Notes: generated by a model from the sequence alone, not told the origin. Positions 1-13,772 are shown, numbered from the stretch's first letter. The stretch: 64,000 nucleotides of DNA from the human T2T-CHM13v2.0 reference genome, Homo sapiens (GCF_009914755.1 NC_060936.1); one strand, 5' to 3'. Program-made: numbers and translations.

Positions 1-54
1 AGGGAGGGAGGTGGACAGAACAAAATGGCTCTGCAACATACCAGTTACATCACT

Positions 55-230
55 CTAGGCAAATGATATAATCCGTCTGATCCTTAGTTTTCTTATCTGT
101 AAAATTGGATAATAATAATAATAATAACAGTATCTTCCTCAGGAAAGTTTAAGGGTAATAGGTAATATTCAAAAAGAATATGAATAATACTTGAATATTG
201 TAAGAGCTTAGTTAACAGAAACTATTATTA
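55..230 (+). mobile_element. MIR fragment
   Basis: Degenerate MIR core cttagttttcttatctgtaaaattggataataata; boundaries approximate. Confidence 0.6.
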
Positions 231-819
231 TTTTAAAATAAAAAGCCTGCTTAGAATTATGCCCCCTCCATCCTGCTAGGTATATTGGCTGGGGCCACAT
301 AATCGGCACTGAGTATTCATAAAATTGAACTGCCTGCCCAAACGCCTTTTCCCTCATACTTTGCCTTTAACATTTATTTGTAATATTTCCAAAAATAGCT
401 TTGTCTTCATGCTTACCATCATGAGATAATCTCAGACTCTCACAATCTCTCTCTGGGGCTGCCAGACTCTTCTCCCTCCAATCTATATCCCAAAACTCAC
501 ACAGAAAACTCTTTGTAAAGCTCAGCTTTGATCATGGTACCCTCCTTGCTTGATGCTGTTGACTGGCTTCCCTTCCTCACTCAAGCCTTGACCTAGTATC
601 CAAGGCCTTTCCTCTCCTTCTGCATCATCCTGTGCCTGGTGGCCCTTTCTCCAGCAGTATCAAGCTTTATAATTTTCTTGAAGGGCAAATCTGTTTTCCG
701 CTTTTGCACAGTTCGCTGTCATGCCTGGGTGGCTTCTCCATTTTCATTGGTCTGAGAAACTCCAACTCACCATTGAAAAATCAGATCAAGCTCCCTCCTC
801 TGTGACGGGTCCTTAATAT

Positions 820-1265
820 GGGGCCTGTAAACTTGGATGAAAAGAAAATTACATCTCTATTTCATTAACCTTTTACTGAAATTTAGCATTTCCTTCAGTT
901 AGGAAGGTAGGCAGTAAACTACTGGCAACAACAGAAGTCACATATTTTCATATCCCATTAAGGTAGTTGCAGAAATCTCCAAATACCATTTACATTCACT
1001 ATGGTGTTGAAACTATGGTATTAGACTTGCGGCTATATTTGTTACTTAATGTGTTAATAAAGAAGTACATACATTACTATTTAATAACTTTATTTTTTAA
1101 AGTATTCTGGCAACTGTATTTCAATATAATTGATTTGCCTTGTACTTTTATATAACAAGTTTATTTTTAAAAGTATTCTGGCACCTGTATTTCAATATAA
1201 TTGAGTTGCTTTGTACTTTTATAAAATTTATTTTATGCAGTTAAAGAACACTATAAAAGGATCCA
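820..1265. mobile_element. hAT-Charlie DNA transposon relic (MER113/Charlie4-like)
   Basis: aacttggatgaaaagaaaattacatc...ctgaaatttagcatttccttc...gttaataaagaagtacat resembles a remembered Charlie-family consensus. Confidence 0.5.
1089..1223. repeat. Tandem duplication, period 71 bp
   Basis: agtattctggca(a/c)ctgtatttcaatataattga(t/g)ttgc(c/t)ttgtacttttata occurs at 1101 and 1172. Confidence 0.9.
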
Positions 1266-2087
1266 AAATAATGAGAATTTTAAGGACTCTCATGTAGGAA
1301 GCCTTCTGTCATGGCCCTGGGGAAATGAATTATGCCAGGTCATGCTCTGATACATCTATCAGCCTTCATTACACTGTTTTGCAATTACGTATCTGCATTT
1401 TTCTCCCTCATAGCTGTGAGCTCCATGAGGAGGAAGGCTGTTTTTTTTGTTGTTGTTTGTTTGTTTTTAAATCTCAATACCCCAGCCTACTGCAACTTTC
1501 AAAAATGTTTATTAAAATAATTAACTACAAATGTGCATAAATGTTTTTTCTAAAGTACTATATTCTTCGATTTCCTAAGCTGTATAGAACTTACACAATT
1601 GCAGACTTTCAGCTACTAAAACCAGGTTGTTCAGGATACATTATTTCATTGTTCTAGTCTTCTAATTTAATCAATATACAATCTGGATGTTACAGTTGAA
1701 GAGACATGTGACCTATATTTTTTGGTATTTATTTACTTACTAATATTAGGAAAACACTATCTTATTAGCACCACACAACAATCTAAAAGAGTCACTGAGG
1801 GATGGCCTAAACACTATGTGACCTGTTTTATGCCCAGAGACCTGCAGGCTTGAACTGCTGGGTCTACTAGCATGCCCATAGAAGGTATTGCTAATCATGC
1901 TGTAGCCATGAGTAGAAGTAAACTTTGAAGAAACAAAGGCTTGGATGCTTCCTAAATCACCAACTCTTGGATAGCAACAAGGTGTTGCCAAATTTTGCCA
2001 CATATACCTAAGTTCCAGGATGAAAATTATACTAAAAAAACTTCCTTTAGTCAGCACCATCTACCTTCTCTTATCAATAGCAACCCT

Positions 2088-2147
2088 TCATCCATCTATC
2101 CATGCATCCATCCATCCATCCATCCATTCATCCATCCATCCATCCAC
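2088..2147. repeat. (CCAT)n microsatellite
   Basis: Imperfect CCAT/TCCA tetranucleotide run. Confidence 0.9.
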
Positions 2148-2197
2148 CCAAACACCCAGCCAATCAAAATCATAGTTTTCCAAGTTACTTTCACTGA

Positions 2198-2533
<336 letters not shown>

Positions 2534-3309
2534 CCTATGTTTTGTTTTTAAATAAACCACATTTGGTCCATAGCAATAGGTATTTTCCTACTATTCAGAC
2601 AAGGAACACGTAGCAAGGTTATGTAACGTGCTTTTACAACATGATGGGAAATACTCCAACTTAACATACCAGAGTGTTTTAAGTGTTAATAGCTGAATTG
2701 TTTTCGTTTCATACAAACTTAATTAAAGAATAGTTAAGTTTTTTAGGGGCCTTGTTTCATATTTATATTTTCTGTAAGGTTTTCTTGGTCTTTATTATAA
2801 GAAAATACACCAGACGCTGATTCCAGTCAATTGCTGTCACAGTCCTGGATAGTTTATTTCATTTGTTTATGCAGATGCTATTTTAAGTGGATTTACTTGA
2901 AACAGGAATAAAACTCCAAGTTGGTTTCATGTGTTCACTGCAATGAAGAGTTCTAGAATAAGAATATAAGTCCCATGGATTATCAGAGATACATGTTTTT
3001 CCCCCTTTATCTTGTTCTGTTATTTCAGACCTAAATGGACAACCTCAGAAACACCTTTCTCAGAAGTCTTTTAAGTTCAAGAAGGAATGAAAATTACCTT
3101 TCAAATAAGGATATAAATTACAGAAAATACTAAGTACTGTGCTCATTATGTGACTGTTGTATTTAACTTGAGAGCAAAGGAAAGGGTCTCCAGATTTACA
3201 TGCCTAAAATTATGTTGCTAAGTAGACCACAGTGAGGTTTCGGATCCTATATTCCTCTTGCCCTAAGTATTTTCCAGTTTCTAAAGCATTTATTTTCATC
3301 TATTATCCA

Positions 3310-3800
3310 GCTAATCACCCAGCCTTGCCATTTCCCTCCAAAATATCTCGTTTCTCTATATCCACTGTCACCATCAAGGTTGCGTTATTTCTTGCCTAGG
3401 CTACTAAGTTCTTTTAACCTTTCTCCCTTCATCACCATTTGTCTGTCTGTAATCAATTTTCCACTCTGCAGCCAGACTGATCTTTTAAAAACACAAATCT
3501 GATAATGTCATTCTCATCCTATTACCCTTTGAAGGCTTCTCAGTATTCTAAGATAATGTCCAAAATTCTCCTGGTGTATAAGGTCCTGAGATGTTCTGTC
3601 ATTGGCCTGCTATCCAGTTTATTTTGGTGCCATTCTCTTGCTTGCTCGTTATGACCCAGTCTTGTTGGTCAATTCTTTGAAGAAGCCATACTCCCTGCTT
3701 AGGACCTGTACACATTCCCTGATATTCCCTCTCCCTGAAATGCTTTTCCTTCATCTTTGCAAACCTAATCTTGAGTCCTCCTTCTTGTCTTTCTGGCTTC
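3310..3800. mobile_element. L2 fragment
   Basis: ttccactctgcagccagactgatcttttaaaaacacaaatctgataatgtcattc is typical of the L2 3' region. Confidence 0.6.
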
Positions 3801-4393
3801 CCAAGAAGCATTTTTTGACTATAGGAAAACAAAACAAAACAAAAAACCAAGGTTTGGGTAGCAAGTCTTGCCAAGTGGGGGATTTGTAAGTCTGTGGCTA
3901 AAAGCCTAGGCATCAAAATTAAAAAGTTATGGCGAACTCAAAGAATATGTCCCATAAATGGCAAACTTCCTCCAAGAAGCTCTTGTATCCTTCCATGACA
4001 GGTGGACAGAATCCTCTCCAGGTGTCAAATTCAGCACACTGGGTATTTATTTAAGTGTTAGCAAAAGATATGTGCAGTTATTTGGCAATAAGGTCACAGG
4101 ATGAGATTTATGTGGACTTTTTGTTCCAACTTTCATTTTCCTTTTTAATTGACTTATGTACATTTATCTTTATCTCCAATGGGTCTGTAGATATTAGTAA
4201 CACATACAACATTGTTTTCTACTGTAGCATTATTAATAGTAACCTCATGGTATATTAGCTTGTGCCACCATGCCAAAAAAATTGAAACAGATTCATTTTA
4301 TAGGAAATTAGTAAGAAAAAAAAATGTTTAACACAAATGGAAAGTTGTTTCAATTCACAGCATAATATTATATTCACTGTCAAGATGCTATGA

Positions 4394-4772
<379 letters not shown>

Positions 4773-5387
4773 GTTTTTACACATTTCTAAGGTTGCATAA
4801 AAGTTTTATGATCGAATCTGACAGTCTTACAGTGCTCATGTTAATGATGCGTTTGTTAAATAACACAAGGCTGGCAAAAGGAGAAGAAAAGGCAGTGTAG
4901 TGAATACAAAATGAATTTTTATTGGAAATGAACTTTGAAGGGACTAATTTATGAGGGGCATACTGTTTCACAAAACCAGTGTCACCACCATCTACAGATG
5001 AAGCCACAGTTTGTCAATTTGGATTTTGGGGAACTTCATCTGAAGAGGAAAATGTGAAACTATCACTATACAGAAAAAGAACCACATTGATCATATTCTT
5101 ATGCTTGGTTTAACAATGTTCAAGAAGCAAAAAACAAAACAAAACAAAAACCAAAAAAAAAAGAAAAAGAAAGAAAGCTGGCAGTTTTTTTTTTTTTTTC
5201 TGAAAAAAAAAAAAAAAAGTGATAGCATTATGGCAGTGGTTCTTAATGGAAGATGTACTGGCATCACCTGGGGAGCATTTCAAAACAACATGCCACTGTC
5301 CTGGTGAGGCTGACCGCTGGAAAGGGAAAACAGGTGACTTTAAGTACCTCTGCAGATGACCCTGGTTAAGACTCTTAATTGAGAAGT

Positions 5388-5693
<306 letters not shown>

Positions 5694-6349
5694 TAATTGA
5701 GAAGTATTAAAAAGAAAAAGTATAATGAACTAGAGGCATAGTCCCTTTTGTCAATTTCTACTCAAGCAGAGTCTAAAATATAGCAAGATCTGTATCAAAG
5801 AGGTAATATGCTAGGCATCATTAAATTCCTTGAATTACCTAATTGTACAAGTCATCTTAACAGAAAAACCATGTCCTTGGTCCAAAGCAAGAAGAGCAAG
5901 GTTTGAAAGGAATAGAAAAAGAAGCTGTTGTGTCGTTGGTTTCATATTAACAATAACTCCTAAAGAACTGTGTTAGCTAAAAAAGGAAGGTCTGTATGGG
6001 GACAAGAGAAGCCTAAAGAATAGGTGGTTAGTCTGTGTGCCCTAGGAGAGGAGTGTGACTTATTTGGACCTCAGTAAGGAAACTAAGTAAGATGTAAGTG
6101 TAGGTGTAAGATGAAAGGCTTGAATTAGGTTACATTTAAGGCCTTCCAGCATGAATAGCTTATGATTCTATGCTGGGATTAAAAGCCTGAAGAATGGAGA
6201 GATACTGCCCAATTGATTAGTAAACTACTAGTGGTTTACAAATAGATTATGAATTGCAAAGGTAGCTAGAGTCTTGATAAAGATCTTAGTTGTGAACAAG
6301 ATGTTGCCCATGTCTATGGACTTAATTATCATGCATGGATAATAATTCT

Positions 6350-7100
6350 TCATTCTAGAACTCTCCTCCAACTACGGGCCAGTTTTCCCAAATACCTATT
6401 CAATATCCCAGCTGATGTTGGTTCATGGACACCTGAGATTCCACATGTCCAAAATTGCACGCATGGTCTTACATCTTCCAATTGCTGCATCTTATTTTTA
6501 TGATTTAGTCCACCTTTTTTCTCATGCAGAAATTGAGAACCAACCAAAGACTCCTTCCTCCTATGGCCACAGTTAATTATTTATTTTAAATTTCCTATTG
6601 ATTTTTCTCTCCTAATACACTGAGAATCTGTCTACCTGCTTATCTCCAATGTCACCACCATAATCCAGGCAACTGTCATCTCTCTCATAGACAACTGTAA
6701 AAAACCAGTCTCCCTACATGAACACATGCTCTTGGTGGCACCCACACCCACCCAGAGACAGTTTAGAATTCAAAATGTGGTCAAGGCACACCCCTGCTTA
6801 AAATTCTTCCATGGATTTACGTTCTTAGACTGAAGATCAAAAACCTCTGAGGCTCTACATGATTTGGCTCTGATCTGTCTTAATAGTCTTATCTGAATCT
6901 TCTCTGACCCCACAGTCATCTTCTTTCAGTTCCTTGCACTTGCCACGTTCCTTACTGCCTTGCAGGATCTTTGTACCTGCCATTCTTTCTGTGTGACATA
7001 CTCCACTCTTCTTTTAAGAGCTCAGTACAAACATCCCATTCTCAAGGTAATCTTCTCTGAGTGCCATCATCCCAACTTCATCTTCTATTACAGGCTTTAT
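6350..7100. mobile_element. L2 fragment(s)
   Basis: caccaccataatccaggcaactgtcatctctc...cccctgcttaaaattcttccatgg is L2-like. Confidence 0.55.
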
Positions 7101-7732
7101 TAATTCTAACAATGACTGTAATGTTTATTGAGTGCTTATTATGTGCCAAGCACTGTTTAAGGCATTTTCCATATGTTAATTTATCCTTACTATAATCCTA
7201 TGGTAGGTGATCCATAATATATTTAGATGCATGAAGAAATAATAAGTGAATAAGATAAAAACCCTAGGGCAAGGCTACCTTGAAATTCTACAACTGTATG
7301 CTTTAGGAAATATCTGTCTACTTTTAAATGTTTTATGATAGTGATTTACATATACTGAGATCACACCATAAATAATAATACGTCAAGTATTTGAGGGAAG
7401 CGTACATAGGAAAGGTTTGATTCCTCAAATCTTGGCTAGCTCTTATGAGAAAATATTTTGAATTGGAAATGAAAGGAATAGAACATTAGTAATTTGAGAG
7501 TGTGGAACTGAAGGTCATATTGGAATTATGGGTGTGAAAAAAAGAAATATGTGTGTGAACTCTCATAAAGATATATGATTCAGATGATACTCATGCTAGC
7601 GTTATTTCTTCTAGCTGCAGCTGGGACCCTATGACAGCTTTTATACAGGTGGCCAAACATTTTCTATAGCAACTTGCATCTGTCTTTATCTTTGTACACA
7701 CTTTTATCTATTAAAAGCAGATCTAAAAGGTG

Positions 7733-7970
7733 TTTTTTTTTAAATTTAATTTTAAGTTCCAGGATACATGTGCAGGACGTGCAGGTCTGTTACATAGGTA
7801 AACATGTGCCATGGTGGTTTGCTGCACCTATCAACCCATCACCTAGGTATTAAGCCCCGCATGCATTAGCTATTTATCCAAAAGCTCTCCCTTCCCCCAC
7901 CACTGCCCCCTAACAGGCGCCAGTGTGTGTAGTTAGTTCCCTTCCTTGTGTCCCTATGTTCTCATTGTTC
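7733..7970 (-). mobile_element. L1PA (about PA8-PA10) 3' end, 5'-truncated
   Basis: Poly-T followed by ttttaagttccaggatacatgtgcaggacgtgcagg...gctgcacctatcaacccatcacctagg. Confidence 0.88.
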
Positions 7971-8575
7971 TGAAAGACATTCTTTAATACATTCAGTCCA
8001 GAGAATTGAATCAGGCCTTGGAAAATACATTATCAATCAAAAACTTAAAATATTCTAAAAAGGAGATGTCCTCATTGAAAATTATTTAGGGTTGTCGATC
8101 TCTTGAATCTCAAGTCATTAGGGAGCTCTAACCTACAATATTTTTGGCCTGGTATGCAACCAATATTTATTGAATTAAAATCAAGAAGAATCATTGTTCT
8201 TTAACCATTTACTTTCTTAAATCTTCTCTAGTAAGAATGAACTGCATACTCATCACTGTGGTCTATAGATTTCTACAAGTGGACGTGCTGAGTCAATGGA
8301 CATAGGCACTTAACTTTTATTAGGCAGAACCATATCACTTTCTAAAATGAAGAACAATTTGTGCTCCCACTAATAGAATAGAATATGATGTTACTAAGAT
8401 ATTAAACTACTTCTCCTTTAAAATCTGTTTCATTTGCTAAATTTTCCTATACGGATCACTCCATGGGGAAAGCATACTATCTACATTTACAAAGTGAACT
8501 TCACTCATCTTAAGGTATTATGTGATTCTTTTCCTGTTTGTCTTAAGGAAAGGGGAAATGTATATAGATGGTTTT

Positions 8576-8781
8576 TATTCTTAATTATTGTGTATGCATA
8601 ATAGTGGACCATATTTATGGGGTACATGTCATATTTTAATACAAGTATACAATGTGTAATGATCAAATCAGGGTAATGGGGATATTCATCACCTCAAGCA
8701 ATTGTCACTTGTTTGTGTTAGGAACATTCCAATTCTACTCTTTTAGTTATTTTAAAATAACTAATACAGTCAATTACTGCT
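8576..8781 (-). mobile_element. L1MA-type 3' end (part of a chimeric insertion)
   Basis: atatttatggggtacatg...aatgtgtaatgatcaaatcagggtaat...ggaacattccaattctactcttttagttatttt; left TSD tatagatggtttt at 8563-8575. Confidence 0.88.
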
Positions 8782-8808
8782 CAGCTGGTAGAGCAGAGGA
8801 TTATAGAT
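8779..8808 (+). pseudogene. tRNA-Tyr(GTA) 5'-half fragment (D arm to anticodon loop)
   Basis: gctcagctggtagagcagaggattatagat matches tRNA-Tyr GCTCAGCTGGTAGAGCGGAGGACTGTAGAT at 27/30; no T arm, box B or acceptor stem. Confidence 0.8.
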
Positions 8809-10628
8809 GGTTTTAACCATAAAAACCCAGTAAGCGGACTGCAGCCATATTTTACAAAATCACTTAGACTATAAATACATACTGTCAAATTCCCACAAAG
8901 CCTAATATGTTACTCATACAATAAATAATTGTTTTTCATATCCACTGACTCCCGAAGGACACCTAAAATTTGGTTCTATCTTCACAAATGGCTGCTTATT
9001 TTTGTAATAAGAATAAAGGTAGGCTGTATCACTTCTCTTACCTCATTAAAATTGAATATTAAAATATGAGTTAGATGATAATACCTTACATCATAAGGAT
9101 TAACAGACTGATGATCATAAACTGCTGTGCAGTGAGATATACTTGGGCAATAAATATTTTTATTTAAACTTTAAAGTCAATGTCAGGAAAACTATTTCAT
9201 TATGTAAATCATTAAAAACTTACAGTCATTCCTTTCCTATATCAGAAGTTCAAAGAACTTTTTCTAATAATTTTTAGGTGATTTTCTGACTTTAGTTGAC
9301 CTAACAGTATTTCTGAACAATACATCTACATCAGACATTAGATCTGGAGAATATTCTATGATTCTCAAATGACAGTAATTTTTAAAATACTTTTTCAAAG
9401 TAACTGTGTTAAAAACATATAAGTAAAATATCCATCAAGAAAAAGAAAAGTAGAATATGCATTTCTAGCAATTGAGGCAGATGTCCAAATAAAGATGCTA
9501 TGGTTAACTTCTACTATGAAGACACCCTTAAGTCTTCTTAGAACAATAAAAAGACTAAGAAAGTCAGTGAGCCAATAATAAACAAACTTATCAGTAAAAT
9601 AAAAGTCGTGCTATGATGCCTATTTTCCAAAGGCACATAGATCACAATTTGGAACCAATATATCTTCCTCACTGTTGTAATGAACAGCCACCATAAATTC
9701 ACGCTCAACTGGATGCTCTAAATGAATACCAAGTGGAGTTTAGGGTATAATGTTTTAATTTCATATAGGGTTGTATGAGTTAATAAATCATTTACTCATT
9801 GATTTGAGACTTGCGTCCATCTATTTCAAGCTAAAGGAATATACATTTTTGTTAAGGCTAGGTCTTATTCTATCTATATGTTTTAAAGGGATTGCTAGAC
9901 TTTATGGTGGCTAAAGTCCAGTTTAAAACTTTGAAGCTCTGCTGCCAAATATATTAATCGATGTGTCCAATCACTCAAAGTTTCATTTATGTGTTCTCAG
10001 TCCATCTATCCATTTATCTACTTTTCGATCTATTTATCACATAGTGTGTACACTGTTAGATTTAATGAGCTCTTAGGCCTGCAGCTAGCCATTAGAACAT
10101 TTTGTTTTCTTTCACCATCACTTTTTACTTCCTGATCCTCTGAAAGAGCCTCAGTACTGAGGGAAAACTTTCCTTCTGTTTAAATGAATAAGAGGATAGC
10201 CATGCAAATCAGTCCAAATTGTCAGAATATTCAGAGGGCATGTGCATCTTGTAAAAGTTTGATCACTGATTAAAGTTATTTACTTTGCTTGGAACACAGA
10301 GGTGACTGAATTGTATATGATCTAAAATAGCTTTTCTGAATTCCTGCTTAGATTCAGTATCAATCCCTAATTTTAATTTCCAGAGAAACATCACCAAGAT
10401 TGTGTCTAACAACCCACTCTCTCCTTAATTCCTTACACTCACACATCTGCACAAGCTATTCCTCTTCCTAGGGGCCCCTCTCTACCACCTTTCCCATTTT
10501 CTTCCCTTCTTACATAAGCCTGGATGCCCAGCAAGCTCCTACTCATCTCTACAACTTTAAAAAAGTTAAAAGCAAGCAAAAAAGTTACCAGAGTCATGTA
10601 AAGGAAGAAGAACATAATGGAATCTCAC

Positions 10629-10749
10629 CTGTATCTTGTGCAAGTGGCGTTCTGACCTGACGGAGCTATTGGCTTAAAAGTGATGCGTGGGGAAACTTGG
10701 GCTGATAGCACAAATCCCAAGGCAAGAATAATGAGTGCTACGGTGGTAC
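10629..10749 (-). CDS. SLC2A13: SLC2A13 internal coding exon (probably exon 6), 121 bp, phase 1 to phase 2
   Basis: Minus strand reads T11-aag|GT ACC ACC GTA...AGA TAC AG|gtgaga. It encodes (G)[39 protein letters not shown], a TM helix followed by the start of the large extracellular loop with an NAT sequon. It is in frame with the previous exon and is missing from the ORF track. Confidence 0.96.
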
Positions 10750-11544
10750 CTTAAAAAAAAAAAGTTTTATATTAGAGAAGAGTTGACAATATTGTTTTAA
10801 GGCAGACTGGGTTTGGTAAAAACAAACCAAAAAACAAAGAAACAAACAAAAACTCCTGAAAAAAAAATACCGTGCTCTATCTTCACTGGATTTTTAAAAA
10901 GTACTCCCAATGTATAAACAAATTATCAGAACTATTCACTAGCACGTTCATTGTGAGACATGATGAGAGTGAAATTCAAAGCAAATACATTTGCTAGCCA
11001 AACAGTAAATTGGTAATGATTTTTTAAAAGAAACCACGCACACCTAGTATTGCTGAAAATCTCAAAATCAATTAATGTGACAACATTATTGAGTGCCTAA
11101 CATATCAAGAAGCACGAAAGACAATAGATTTCCATCAAGTGTTCCTTTTGGTGCCAAGAAAATTCTTCTAATGACATTCAATCATGTAAGACTTAAATTG
11201 GTAAACCTTTTTAGTTTAACAAATGAGTTATTTCTAAAGCAGTTGAAAGAGCATGTTTTATTAAAATGGAGTAGCATTTTTTGAAGACTTTAAAGTACCA
11301 GAAATAATATATCACATGTATTCTTTTTTCTTTCCTGTTGGTATTTGAAAGTGAAATATTTGTTTTGGTGTTAACATATAGGAATGGTGATTAAGTATAT
11401 CACTTAAAAGAATAATTTTTGTGTCCCTTATAGACATCCTAATGGCAAATAAGACATTTTTCAAGTTTCTGACTATTGTTTGAGCCACAGACATTGTGAG
11501 GGTAAACGAAAAGGGTCATGGGAAGAATGGAGAAAGAAAATATG

Positions 11545-11900
11545 ATGGAATACTATGCAGCTGTAAAAAAGAATGAGATCATGTCCTTTGCAGCAACATG
11601 GATGGAGCTGGAGGCCATGATCTTTAGCAAACTAACACAGAAATAGAAAACCTAATGCTGCATGTTCTCATTTAAAAGTTGGAGCTGCATGATAAAAACA
11701 CATGGATACAATGAAGGGAACAACAGACACCAGGGATTACTTGAGGGTAGAGGGTGGGAGAAAGGAGAAGATGAAAAAACTACTTATTGAGTAGTGTGCT
11801 TATTATCTGGGTGACAAAATAATCTGTACACCAGACCTCTGAGATATGTGTTAACTTATATAACGAGCCTGCACATGTACCCCTGAAATTAAAAGTTAAA
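11545..11900 (+). mobile_element. L1PA (about PA13-PA16) 3' end
   Basis: atggaatactatgcagc...catggatggagctggaggcc...cctgcacatgtacccctgaa; TSD aaaga(a/g)aatatg at 11533-11544 and 11901-11912. Confidence 0.88.
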
Positions 11901-12169
11901 AAAGAGAATATGGCTGTGTTAGTTTGTACAACTTATTTGAATGAGACAAAATAAGTTTAAAACATGGAATTTAGGAGGGCAGTTTAGTAGTAGTTAAGGT
12001 TTTATTAGTTAAGCTTGGAGGGAATTTAAATTATGAACAAAAATATTCAAAATAGATTTTAAAAAGAACATTGAGAAGCATCGTGGAAGTACAACACGGT
12101 TATATAATAGTTGAGATGTTTTTGTTTAAGACATAGTAGGTGTGTGAAGCCAGGCATTATGGGTACAGA

Positions 12170-12345
12170 GGTGACCTTGGGATCAGATGACTGTAGTTTT
12201 TAGCTAGCTTTGCTGTTTCCTGACTCTGTGATCTTGGATAAAGGACACAACCTTTCCATAATTCAATGTTGTCTTTTGTAAAATAGGGCTTAGTGAAAAT
12301 ACTCACCTTACGGGCTTACAGTGAATTTTAAATGTCATAATGTAT
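12170..12345 (+). mobile_element. MIR fragment
   Basis: ctctgtgatcttggataaaggacacaacctttc...ttgtaaaatagggc. Confidence 0.5.
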
Positions 12346-12354
12346 TTGAAAGAT

Positions 12355-12645
12355 TTTTTTTTTTTGAGACGGAGTCTCGCTGTCGCCCTGGTTGGAGTGC
12401 AGTGGCGCGATCTCGGCTCACTGCAGGCTCCGCCCCCCGGGGTTCACGCCATTCTCCTGCCTCAGCCTCTGGAGTAGCTGGGACTACAGGCGCCCGCCAC
12501 CTCGCCCGGCTAATTTTTTGTATTTTTAGTAGAGACGGGGTTTCACCGTGTTAGCCAGGATGGTCTCGATCTCCTGACCTCGTGATCCGCCAGCCTCGGC
12601 CTCCCAAAGTGCTGGGATTATAGGCGTGAGCCACAGCGCCCGGCC
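12355..12645 (-). mobile_element. Young AluY (AluYe5-like)
   Basis: CpG-rich, with tctcgctgtcgcc, ctgcaggctccgccccccggggttc and gccacctcgcccggc. TSD gaaagat(t/g)tttt at 12348 and 12646; TTTT/AA endonuclease site. Confidence 0.9.
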
Positions 12646-13616
12646 GAAAGATGTTTTAATGCTATAACATGTTAGTTATTATGCTATGATTATTATTACA
12701 AGCAGCAGCAGCAGCAGCCACAGCAAGCCTTCAAAATAACAGAACAAAGTTGAAGGATGGGGAGGATTAAAGAAAGGTCAGAAGTCTATTTTGCAAAACC
12801 AGGCCAATAATGCGATAAAACTAAAATCACAGTTTGTTTAACTACTGTTGGCTTAAAATTCAAACCAGAACTAGGAATAGTTTGAGCCATTACTTTTCTC
12901 AAAAGACTATCAAGCCCCAAATTGGAAAACAGAAAAGAGATATAATAGGTCTGTTATGAAGATCATACCTCTCTCCTAAAACAAAACAAAACGAACCATG
13001 AGATTTACTGTTAGTCTGTCCATCAAAAAATCTGAGTCCCTATTTTCCCAAATTACATCCATATCTTATTGCCATGCAACAGGTAAGATTTTTTAAATCA
13101 GGAAACTTTGATATATTAAGATGTGAAGGAAAGATGAGTCTCTTCTTTCATAACACTCATTAAATAACCTGTCTCCATGAAAATGATAAACTCTAAGATG
13201 GTATGCCTAGCACATATCCAGTAAGGTCCAATTCTAGTGCCTGGCATATAAAGATTCAAATAAATATTGGTTGAATGGATGGGCCACCATACTATACATT
13301 TTCGCAATGTTGGCTATTTTTGAAAAAAACAAAAACAAAAACAAAAAAAAAACTGTTAAGTCCATCCAATTACAGTCATGAGGTTAGTATGGTACAACTA
13401 TCCTAAATGAGAGCTCTGCAATATGGATAATATGACTCTACATCTATCTCTTAAGGTCCAACCAACCTAAAAATTATGAGAAATAAACTATTCTGTATAT
13501 AGAAAATTCCTAAATAGGTAAAAGTTAACTCTTCTTAAGCCAAATTTATTTTATTTTGGCCCATTTTGGAGGAAAATATTTTAAAAGCCAGCATTATACT
13601 CTTTTGTTATTATATA

Positions 13617-13772
13617 TAGTGATGTTTCTCAATCCTGGCTTCCTGTTGGAAGCAAATGCCTGGATGTACCCCAACCTCTGAATCAGAGTCTCCAGAAGAT
13701 CAGTACAAAATATCTGAGTTTTAAAGCTTTCCACAAGTGGTTATGATGCCAAGACAGGGCTAAAACCCCTAT
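13617..13772. mobile_element. MER5-type hAT MITE fragment
   Basis: tttctcaatcctggct...ctgaatcagagtctcc...ttttaaagctttccacaagtggttatgatg. Confidence 0.5.

Noticed and set aside
293-303. Third copy of the 32-bp repeat (ggccacataat)
   Set aside because: Only 11 bp match, too short to distinguish from chance.
2051-2070. REST/NRSE site (tcagcacca)
   Set aside because: Left half-site only; no GGACAG right half.
8779-8808. Functional tRNA gene
   Set aside because: Only the D arm and part of the anticodon arm are present; no box B, T arm or acceptor stem.
12701-12725. (CAG)n tract as an expansion locus
   Set aside because: Only about 6 units, intronic and interrupted.
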